From assembly GCA_013265495.1 (NCBI GenBank), contig MU057632.1, positions 914,054 to 978,053 on the forward strand: DNA of 64,000 nucleotides, read 5' to 3'. The translations under genes were made by a program, and so were the position numbers. The stretch is from Vicugna vicugna. Taxonomy: Eukaryota. Below are positions 53,571 to 64,000 of this stretch, one piece after another; positions within the stretch are counted from its first letter, which is position 1, and each line of letters begins with the position of its first letter. The notes beneath the pieces were generated by a model. The model saw only the letters and a program-made list of their open reading frames with translations, was not told where the DNA came from and did not search any database.

Positions 53571-55640
53571 TAATGTACAGAGAAAGCAGTGAGCACAAAT
53601 CAGATAAAGCCTCTGTTTTTGTTCTGTGACATTGCACATTATTTAATGGATTGCAACATATAAGTAGGATTTAGAATAATGAAGTATCTAGGTTGAGTTC
53701 AGATTTTTAAAAGCAGCACCAGCAAACATCCTACTTTTAAAGCCTCAATTGAATATCTGAGGACGAACAAATTTATTCCAAAAAGGCTTCCTTTTTTCCC
53801 CCATTTTTCAAAAGCAGGGAAATATAAGCTTCCTGGATTTTACTTGCACAGCATACCGAATTAGTCACCCATCATTAGGTACAGTACTTTCTAAGCCATT
53901 TTGGAGTGCATTTCGAGACAAGTGACAAGATGTAATTTCCTTCCCATTATATTTGCTAATGGTGACATCTGTTTTCATCCTTTAATTAAAATACATTGTT
54001 AATATGCATTTAAGATTTAACAATCAGCTAAATAATATAACAGGTGTTGTAAATAACTTACGTTCTTTTAGAGCCATGAAAGGGAGATCATAAAGTGGGT
54101 AGTTCACATGATTTTGCAAAGGTAGAAGGTAAAATTCCAGAGAATAGCAGAAGAGTTTTTAATTTATCCAAATGTATATTTACTCTATATCTCTCCCACA
54201 TGACCCAGAACCCCTACCCCTATTTAATCAACTCCAGACAGCATCTCCTACCTTCACCAGCCACTGCCTAGGAATAATCAAGTCTATTTATAAAACTTAC
54301 CATCTTATATTTAGAGGCTAAAAACGTGTCATCATCAGCTTTCTCTAATCACAGTGTGCACACAGCTAGAAGTAGTCCATTTCATCCTTTGTCATATTGC
54401 ATTACCTATGGAAAACTTTGAATACTGTCGAGGTCCTTTAAATCTGAACTGAATTTAATTCAACAGAATATGGACAGAACATCTTGCAGTTTTTGTCACC
54501 GGAGTCATCAGATTAGGCAGGATCTAACTCCAGCTCAACAATCGGATCAATTTTGCAGCAATTGGTCAAAAAGAGAATGTTTTGCTATACTTCATTTACG
54601 AGTAACACCCTATTTTACACTTTTCGGGGTTATTTTCCTTGAGTGGTTAATATCCTCTGATGATCACCTTAACCTTAAAATCTGGGTCCCAAGCTCTCTT
54701 GCCCACTGAGTGAGCCCTGCCTGCATCAAGTCCTATAGAACCGGAAATCAGTAAATATTTAGAGTTTAACTGACCAGGAAGCTATGGAGTGGCATGACCC
54801 CGAAAGACACCTTGTCATCTTACAGATATTTTACCATCATCCAAGGACTTTGAATGCTAGGTATTGTAGGCTACTGTTGAGTTCCTGCTTTTTAAAGTAG
54901 AAATGGGGATGTCAGGGAAGGCTTGACTGAGATGGTGGACATTAAGGGAAGATCTGATGGGCTGGGGGCGCCAGAGAGGCTGGAGCCCGGGAGGGCTGGG
55001 CTGGGGCAGGGCTTCCTCTGGGTGAAGGGGAGCCTGCGGAGGAGTGTGGCTGGAGGAATCAGATGCCTGGGCTTGGTTTCACAGCATCCCGGTGGCTTCT
55101 CTGTTTGCAGTGGGAGAAGGGAGTTGGATGAGGTCTTGCAGTGATCTGGATTAGAGATGGTGGATGTCTGGACCCAGTCTCAGGGGAGGAGGTGGTGAGA
55201 TGTGCCTCTCCCTTTCCTCTTGCTTCAAGTCTTTCAGAGCTGCAGGGAGGCAGATTTTTATGTTCATGACTGTAACATGGTTTCTTTTTCTTTTAAGGCT
55301 GGTTCTCACCGCATTCTCCACTTCGTGTGGTGCAGCTTTCCTCACCTCGAAGACAATCACTGCCCGAACCACAAATGAGGAAGGTTTGGATTTCTGAGGC
55401 TGAGGGACACCCAAGAAAACCACCTCCGAAGGGATTACTGCATAATTGGAAGGAGATGCGGAAGCACCACGCTACATCGTCTGATCGTTAAAAACACCCA
55501 AACGTCGTATGTGATGCCCTTTTGGCATCACTGAGGAAGCACCACCTGGAACTGGCCTGACTTGTAAAACCCGGCAACTTCTGAAACATCAGGATCAACC
55601 TGAATTCATACACTGACTCACTTTAAAATTACCAGAAACT

Positions 55641-55981
55641 TAAAAAAAAAAAAAAACACACAAAGGAACTTATTTAAAAAACAGAAACAAAATCACAGAC
55701 ATAGAAAACAAACTTATGGTTACTGAGGGAAAGGAGGTAAGGAGGGATAAATTGGGAGTTTGAGATTTGCAAATACTAACTACTATATATAAAACAATTA
55801 AACAAGTTTCTACTGTATGGCACAGGGAACTATATTCAGTATCTTATAGAACCTACAATGAAAAAGACAATGAAAAGGAATGTATGTGTGTGTATGTATG
55901 ACTGAAACATCATGCTGTGCACCAGAAACTGACACAATGTTGTGAACTGACAATACTTCAATTTAAATAAATAAATTTTTA
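55641..55981 (+). mobile_element. L1 3' UTR insertion with TSD
   Basis: TSD aaaattaccagaaactt at 55624-55640 and 55982-55998. Confidence 0.9.
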
Positions 55982-56376
55982 AAAATTACCAGAAACTTCA
56001 TTTATTTTACATGTTTTATTAATAATGTGTAGGCAACGTGACTACACAATCATCTCGAGTCTGGAAATCTTATGTTAACAGCGTCCCCTCAGCTCCCTTT
56101 CACTCCTTGCTCTGGGGCCAAAGCCCACTGTGGTCACAACTCGTGTGTCCACGGCACGCAGGGAAGTCCAGCTCACACTAAATGGTTCTTAGGAGGTAAG
56201 TTCTGTGAGCAAACAGAAACTGAACAGCTCTAATTTTACATATTTAAAAAAATACGTTTCTTCTGTTTGTGTTTGTAATAGATTCCACCTTCCCTTGGAT
56301 TATTTATAGAAAGTTGAACTGTGGTACACTGATAAAGTCAACTTCCTCAAATGCATTAAATGCCTCAGTATGTAGA

Positions 56377-56438
56377 GTGTGTGTGTGTGAGAGAGTGTGT
56401 GTGAGTGTGTGAGAGTGTGTGAGTGTGAGAGTGTGTGA

Positions 56439-56469
<31 letters not shown>
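56377..56469. repeat. Compound (TG)n/(GA)n microsatellite
   Basis: Direct observation. Confidence 0.95.
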
Positions 56470-58009
56470 GTAAACCTTGTTCGATGATCCGGGCTTTCAC
56501 AGAGTCTCGGGGTCTTCATTTTGATATAAGTTCTCCTGGCGCAATGCTGCGAATACAGATACAGAAGGAAGAAATGGGGAATTGGCCCAGATGTGAAGGA
56601 AGTGCTTCTTGGAATAATCCCTTATATCATCTTCGGTTTGGTTTTGTTGTTTATTTGTTTATTTTGTTGGTTTGGGTTTTACTTTGTTTTTGCTCCTGCT
56701 TCTCCTAAGCCTAGGAGTATGCTTCGAACTAATGGAGGGTCTCAGGGACAGGTAGTGGCCACCATTCCAACCCTCCATCAGACACTAGTGAACCTAAACG
56801 GAGCTCTTTGGTCCACCACGGGAGGGGAGCTGGGGTCTCAGGTGGTGGCATTAGGGAAGCGACAGGGCCTCTGAACGGGGGCTCTGGGCATAGCTGCTCC
56901 CTCCACGTCTGGTTTTGTAAGGACAGGCACCCTGGCCAACATGACAAGGAAACTGTTCTTAGTGGCAAGGCAGTGTGCAAGACAGAGGATTCATGGAACA
57001 TGAGGATCTGGTACTGGTGAGAGAGAGAGAGAAATGCAGCACAGTGTGACTACGGGCAAAGAGGGAGGGAGCGTTTCATATTAATTACTCACATCTAAAA
57101 CCTGGTGTGGACAGTATGTCTCCTGCCTAAAAATAATCTGAACAGCCTGGCTGGGAGCACTGCTAATTTGTCTTTGTGTGCATCCCGCAGCTCACCTTTC
57201 CACAGGATCTGTGTCAAAAAACATTTCAAAGGCTACTTCAACCCCACCATCCCAGCTCCACCAAGTGATAAGACTGCTGACTTCATGCGTAAATACTCTT
57301 GGCTTCGACAATGCATGAGTTATGTACAGTTTTTTTAATAGGTTGCTTTCAAAACACAGGTTTCTGCCTTTTATTTTGGCTTTGAATACTAATTAGAAGT
57401 AAATAAAAAAGCAGTAAATAAAAGCACAAGAGCACAAGGCAAGGTGTTTTATAAATTCTTGAAAACTCTGCTATTATCTAAGGTGAAGCCAGCCTCTTCC
57501 TTTAAAATCCTGAGTTAATGAAGGTTGGGAAGTTTGTTTCACCCATGGACTCTGGTCAGCATCTTCTGGGTACGGGCTTGACCACCAGATACAAGCCGGT
57601 GTTGAAGCACAATCTCTGCCTGAGACTTGCCGAGTGACACAAAGCGATAAGAGTCTGTGTCTTCTTCTCCTTGTCTGTGGAGTGAGGACACTAACTGCTA
57701 CCACTCAGGACTGTAAAGATGACCTAGTGAGTATCTGATGCAGACTCAACACTCAGTGAATCACAGTTCTTTCCCTACTTCCCTCTTTTATGGCAGGACG
57801 TTTGCTCTTTACTCTGTGCTCCTACAGGAGAGGCTGAGAGAGAGTGAAGGAACAACCACTGAAGGAAGGAGATATGGTTTCAGTCCTGGTTTTGCCTCTC
57901 CTGTCCCAGGGAGCTTCAGACACAGCCCCAGCACCTCTGTGCCAGGCTGCTTTATCTCCGTAGGAGTGATCACCTTGGTCCATTCCCAGTCATCCTTCAG
58001 TAATTTGTA

Positions 58010-58480
58010 AATTCAGCAAATAATGAGTATCTACCACATTCTGGGTGCTCTGAGAGCTGGTGATTTCCACTAAACACAACTACCTCTCTGTTCACAGGAA
58101 ACTTACATTTAACTAAAGGGAGATAGGTGTTAAAAAAAACACCAACAAGAGAACCTGTGATAGCCTAGTATCAGTAGCACTATGATGACGTGAGGCCATG
58201 ATGACAAATGAAAGAGGCTGCAGAGGAGAGAGTGTCAGGTGGGGGCATGGGTACAGAGGTGGGATGGTTTGGGGGTGCAGGAGAGAGCCTGGGTGACGGC
58301 AGACAGTGCAGGGGAGGGGAAGGACTGGAGACGAAGGTTACAGTCAAGAGATGGCAGGAAGACCTTCAGGACCATGGAGAGCACCTTCAATTTTCTACTG
58401 AATGGGCTGGAAGACCACTGCAGGGTTCGAGTGACTAACGGACATGACCAGGGAGGCTGAGTTTATTGTGTGGAGAACAG
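58010..58480 (-). mobile_element. L2 fragment
   Basis: attcagcaaataatgagtatctaccacattctggg...aacttacatt...ttttctactgaatgggctggaagaccactgcaggg. Confidence 0.6.
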
Positions 58481-58694
58481 ACCATAAGTGAGGCGGTCAG
58501 GAGAGCCAGCTACATGGTTCTTTGATTGGTTGCTTGTGGTGAGGACAGTAAGTCAAAATGAGGATTTTTTTAAAAGCCATCACTCCAGTGTAAGCTTGTA
58601 TTTTAGCACATCTCTATTGAGCTTGCTCCATCTTTAAACACTCGCCAGCTCTGCAGTGTTAAGCAAATTACTTGACCTCCTCCTTAACCTTCAG

Positions 58695-59067
58695 GGGCAG
58701 GGACACAATGTGTGTGACTTCCCCAGACTCACGTGGTGAAGCCCTAACTCTCATGTGATGGCATTGGGAGGGGGGCCTTTGTGGGTGATTGGGAGTAGAT
58801 GAGGTCATGAGGGTCAGGCTCTTGTGATGGGATTAGTGCCTTTACAAGAGTTGGAAGAGGCCAGAGCTTGTCATCTCTCCATCACGTGAAGACACAGTGA
58901 GAAGCCTGACATCTGTAAGCCAGAAAGAGAGCCTTTAGAGGGAAACCAAATCAGCCAGCTCCTTGATCTTGGACTTCCAGCCTCCAGAGCGATGAGAAAT
59001 GAACTCCATTCATGTAAGGCACCCAGTCTACGGCATTTCGCTAGGGTAGCCTGAGCTGACTGGACAC
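58695..59067 (+). mobile_element. MLT1A-like MaLR LTR nested in a MIR (~58640-59170)
   Basis: tgaagccctaactc...gatgaggtcatgaggg...ccttgatcttggacttccagcctccaga; MIR halves on each side. Confidence 0.85.
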
Positions 59068-59250
59068 TGTCTTTTCATCTGTCAGTGGGAGTGATGGTGT
59101 TGCCCATTCCACAGCATCATCATGGGACCTGAATGAGATGTGCTGAGGAAAGTGGAATGTCCCACACATGTGAAAGTCTTAGTATATTTCAGCAATGACT
59201 CATGTAATTTAAAACGTCCTCAAATCATAATGATTAATAAAAAGGGTCAA

Positions 59251-59390
59251 TTCTTAGGAATAGTCATTTTAAAAATTCTTAAAGTTTGCCAGTTAAAATT
59301 TAATATTATAAGAAATGCAATTCCTAGGATTAATAATTTTAAAAATTGTTAAAGTTTGCCAGTGAATATTTCATATGACAAGAAATGTAG
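59251..59390. repeat. 70-bp diverged tandem duplication
   Basis: ttc.tagga...ttttaaaaatt.ttaaagtttgccagt...aagaaatg at a period of 70. Confidence 0.85.
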
Positions 59391-60519
59391 GTCACATGTC
59401 ACTACACATGAACAAACAGGTCACATGTTCACAAGAAACTTAGGTGAGTGATTGCAAAAATTTATCTGCAGTTACCTTACAACATTTGAGATTGAGCAAA
59501 ATTAATTCTAGTTTTTCAAATCATTGGTTGTTTAGTCTTTCACAAAGAAATGTTTTACTTTCTTTTTCTATTTGAATGGATATTTTAAGAGGCTAGTCTA
59601 AAAAAAAGACTTCAATGTAGAATTCTGTAAAAACAACCCTTACTAATTAGAAAAAAAACTTATTCAGACTTCTTGGACAGGTATAGATTCCTAATTTGTT
59701 TGGACTTTTGTGCCATTCAGATACCTGCAGAAAGGATTGAGAACGGATGAAAATTTTAGCTCTGTGGCTCCTAAACATCCCACTTTTATTCTTCTATTCT
59801 TAGTTAAGCAGAATAATAATTTATTAACCTCATTAAGCATGAGGCTGCAGAATGAAATTCCTTCACATCAGAGTCCATATAGAAATGAAAAATAAAATTC
59901 ACCATCACCTGATTGTGACATAAATTGGCATCTCTTTTTCCAAAGGTTGGTCTGAGTTTCCTCTCAAGATTATTGCTGAACACGTGGACTTCCCCTTTTG
60001 GAAGGGTCCCTCCCCCTACGCATGCAGGCTATTCCTCGCTGAGGAAGGGGTTAACTGCGTAGCTTCCATTAAGCATCAAACCAGGTTCTGAAATCAGCGA
60101 TGGGCAACTGCACATGGTATTTACACCCAGAACTCAGTTTATACCCTTGGAAAGTGCTTACTGTCTACACCCAACAGCTACTCAAACTGCAGAAACAAAC
60201 AACATACATATTTTCATCTTCGAGGTGTTGACCTGCCAATGACACAATGTTTCACTCTAATGATGGTTTTTAACAAGTTGTTGTGTCCGTGTTTGCCTAG
60301 ATTTCAAACAAGAGACATATCAATGAAGTAAAAACAACTATGAATACCAGTGAGGTGATGCAATCCATTATGTGAATCAATGTTGCTCTGTAGGTGTGTC
60401 TTCCCATGAGTCTTTTCAGCAAATCTAGGAGGGCCTTGCCTCTCCCTTAAGGGGACAACATAAGGAGCCCTGGGAGAGGGGGTCAGAGGAAGCACCCCAT
60501 TCCTTCATCAGCCAAGTGC

Positions 60520-60870
60520 AGGACTTAGGATTTGCAACCATTTTGGGTTTATGGATGACTGTCAATCTATGGATCCCTTCTCAGACTGATTTTTTTTTTA
60601 AATTGAAGTATAGTCAATTTACAATATTGTGTTAATTTCTGGTGTGCAACACAGTGATTCAGTTATACATACATATATCCCTTTTCATATTCTTTTTTAT
60701 TATAAGCCATTACAAGGCATTGAATATAGTTCCCATTTCTTCTCAGATTGATGTTTTTAGGCAGATATCATAAAATGTGCCAAATTATAAAGGAAAACCA
60801 ATTCTGCTGAAAACGTTATCAGAATATTAAAAGAACACATTGATGACGCAGTAATATGTGTGGTCACTTC
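60520..60870. mobile_element. hAT-Charlie (Charlie4-like) fragment interrupted by a short L1 3' end (~60591-60737, minus)
   Basis: cccttctcaga...aaaggaaaccaatt...gttatcagaatattaaaa; L1 TSD ttctcaga(c/t)tgat. Confidence 0.6.
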
Positions 60871-63346
60871 ACGTTCTTGGACACATACAGGAGAACACCT
60901 TTTAAAGGTACACAGCAGGCTATAATATATTGATGTTTATTTCATATGTCAAAGCAACTGCATGGAGAGTGACATTGACAGGCTCAGAGTTAACATATAT
61001 GGAAACTGTGGGCCAGGGGAGTTAGTTACAGACGAAAAGGCACAACCTCCACGTTCACCAGTGGGTGGAGCTCTGGGTTCTGCATGGTGACCAGGGAGCT
61101 GCTCCATTTGGACAGACACTTGACCTGGACACCGGAGTTAACTGGCTTTCCTTTGTGAAATTTAATGCAGCATTTTTTCCGCTATGAGAAGCAGTCGGAT
61201 GCTCAATATTAAATTTTATGTGAAAGAAAAAATAGCTGGGAAATAAACGTGATACTTGGCTGTAGGTACCAAAATCTATCATTTGGTATAAGAAGTATTT
61301 TTATCTCTATTAAGTTTTTGGCTTGTATTTTGAATTCATCTCTGTAGAAAATTCATGTTGCATTCAGTGTTTTTCTCTTTCTTCTGCTAAGCAATGGAGC
61401 TCAGTTTTAACCTTCAAATATTTGTTCTGATTTCACTGAGATCAGTGTTTAGCTCTGGCAAGGATATGATTTGCATTTTATTTGTATGAAGAGCCAACAC
61501 TGATTTGCACAAGAGACATTTAGAGTGACAAGAGCTGAGACACAAAGGATGAAATTTCCAGTGTAAATTCTGCAGGTGCTAAAAAAACAAAACCAAAACC
61601 AAAATGGAGTGGATGACAAAAATACAAATGCTGCTCAAGAAAGGGGCATAGGTTTTAAGAGATACTGCCGAGTATCTCACATTCTTTTCTTCACAGACAG
61701 GGCTCTAAAGATCCTTCTGAAAGCCCCAGAAGATATTTCTCTATTGACTTGGCCCTCTCAAAGTTAGCCAAGCAACAAGCAATGTTTTACGTTTCTTGAA
61801 AGACCAGGAAATAACAGAGCATGTGTTTAGCTTACATGCTGGTCAGCACGAGGGCTCTGTGTTTTGGTCACTGATCTGTCTCAAGCAGCCAGAACAAGGC
61901 AGAAGTTCAATGCACATTTGTTGAATGAGTGTTGATGAGTTTTTTTAAGCTAGAGGAAGATAATCCAGGATGTTTCCGGTAACTCATCTTGTGGCCGAAT
62001 CTCCTACAAATTAAGAGACTGCAGAGAAGTGCCGACATTGACTTTCATGTTGCTGGCCTGGGATTTCCTAGAGGGCAGGAGTCTTTGTGAGCTCTTGTCC
62101 TGGTTTCCCACAGTGGGTGCTCCTTAAGTGAATAAATAATGGATGGATGTTGTTCTCCCCACCATGCAAACTTCCTTCCCAACTCAGCTGATAGTTGCTC
62201 GTGCTGGAATCCTCACCTAGAGCCTCTGCGTTCTTAGCACTGTCTATTCAAATTACACCCAATCTTCAAGGCTCTGTTCAGAGCCCACTTCCTTCCTGAA
62301 ATCATCACCAATGCCATGCTCTTTGAATGACTATGGAATGTCAGTCCACACGTCACTCCTTCTGTGTTTCATGTGTTTATGTTCATTATTTGCAAAAGTT
62401 CCTTTGTCTCCCTTTGAATCCACAACATGGATTCCCTTTGTATTTTCCACAATTATAGATAGAATGTTTGGCAAATCCATCAATGCACAAGAAATTTCAA
62501 AATGTGTGCATGACATCAGGGAGTTACTCCCTAGGAAGCTGTTAACAGGGATCGTACACGTCATTGAACCTCAATTCCCTTCTGATCCGCGAATCCCATC
62601 GACAACGTGCTGACTCAGTGTTCCCCAGGTTCTGTCCACACCTTCCAGGGAGATCAAGGGATTACCATCTGAGACATATAATCTCATATTTGAAGAACAA
62701 CTGGTGTATATTTATATTGAGCCTAATATGCCTGCACCCGGCACTTGGACACCTGCCTTTAGCCCTGTGGCTCACACAGAATAAACCTAATCCTTTTCGC
62801 ACGTGATATCATCCTAATATTTGAAGAGTGCTATCTGTTATGTCCCCGCGGAGACTTCTGTTCCTCAGGCCACATCGTTTATCGTTCGGCATGACTCTGC
62901 ATCCTTCCGCAACCTAGCAGTCCCCCTGAAGACACTTCTGTCTTCTACTCCAACCTGAAAGTAGGGTGCCCAGAGTGGAACCAACGGTTCAGGTGTGATG
63001 TTAGTGTTCCTTGCTTTATATGCTAAACTTCTATTCACAGGCCTGTGTCACGTTCGCTTTTTAGTGGTCATCCTCACACAATTGATGTCTATTTGAACTT
63101 ACTGTCCCCTCCAGCTCCGCTGTCATTTTTCCACGTCCAGAAGTTAAATTGCTCATAATGGTGTGGTTACTGAGGCCAACCCGGAGAACCTCACATCCTA
63201 CCTGCTCTATTTCATCTTGCTGCATTCGCCCCACACCTCCATGGCATCAAGAACCTTTTGTATTATAAATACCTCATGTAACTTACTGTTTCTCCCAGAT
63301 TCATATCTTGTGAAATATGTAATGAATATACTCTCCCCACAACAAG

Positions 63347-63708
63347 TGTAGGCAAGTCTTTTCTGGGAAGGGCGAGATAGCAAATAGCTTCCGGCTTGCA
63401 GACCAAGCCGCCTCTGTCTTGATTATTCAGTGATGCTGTTGCAGTGAGAAAGTAGACACTGACAATCCAGAACAAATGAAGGCGACTGTGAGCCCACAAA
63501 ACTAGATGTTTACACATTGGAATCTCAATTTCATGTAAGTTTCACATGTTACATGTGCTAGAAAGTATTCATGTGTTACAGAATGCTATTTGCATTTTGA
63601 TTTTCTTCCATCTTTTAAAAACAGAAAGGCTATTTTTGCTTCACAAGCTGTACTAAAACGGGGCGGACGGGATTTGGCCCCCCCCCCCGCCTAGTTTGCT
63701 GACTCTTG
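63347..63708 (+). mobile_element. MER58-family hAT-Charlie element
   Basis: ggcaagtcttttctgggaagggcgagatagcaaat ... ggatttggccc...tagtttgctgactcttg termini. Confidence 0.7.
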
Positions 63709-64000
63709 ATCTAAATCATTACTGTAAATGATGTGAGCAGCAGAGCCTCTCTCAAGGCCCCACAGCAAGCACCGAGAAACCTCTCGCCACGCTGGTCCTT
63801 CACAACAAGGGCTCAGCTACGAAACGGATTCAAGAATCGCTAGAAATACAAAAGCCGAGGTGCACACCCCAGAAGCTGGCTCAGCGGTTCAGGAGAGAGG
63901 CTGAGGAACGCCTGTGTCCTGAAAATGCCCCCTGGATGTTTCTTACTTACAGCAACAATTCTCTACCTGGATTCTGTTGCTGTTAACAAGAGTTTTTACA

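Larger units (their letters stand above)
1..64000 (-). other. RIMS1: Internal portion of the RIMS1 transcription unit: two exons plus parts of the flanking large introns
   Basis: Two RIMS1 exons in correct order on the minus strand. The neighbouring exons (upstream ...HQP, downstream VMWVCNLC...) were not found in the window, consistent with very large introns. Confidence 0.9.

Noticed and set aside
39300..64000. Additional RIM1 splice-site-A exons (e.g. the rodent NIFRCVCVPRKP... insert)
   Set aside because: No matching minus-strand sequence found by eye; probably outside the window. A tblastn would be decisive.

Overview
Mammalian, most likely camelid, genomic DNA (tRNA-Ala-derived Vic-1-type SINEs), lying entirely inside the minus-strand gene RIMS1 (presynaptic active-zone scaffold RIM1). 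Only two coding exons are supportable: the 214-nt zinc-finger exon (38974-39187) and a 12-nt EDKV microexon (36470-36481), which the ORF track misses and which has SRRM4-type upstream architecture. The rest is intron filled with L1, L2, MIR, SINE, LTR and DNA-transposon relics; the other listed ORFs are chance or TE-derived. The most notable unexplained structure is a ~430-bp inverted duplication (8299-8726 vs 9283-9723) that would fold the pre-mRNA into a long hairpin covering a strong cryptic 5' splice site of a possible poison exon. Other leads are a CTCF site with its upstream module, a MER41-like solo LTR with a STAT GAS motif, an exonic CpG-rich patch with an NRF1 motif, a twin-primed L1 and closely spaced inverted L1 pairs. 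Repeat family names come from recall of consensus sequences, not a database search, and many TE boundaries are approximate. No novel multi-gene system is evident.
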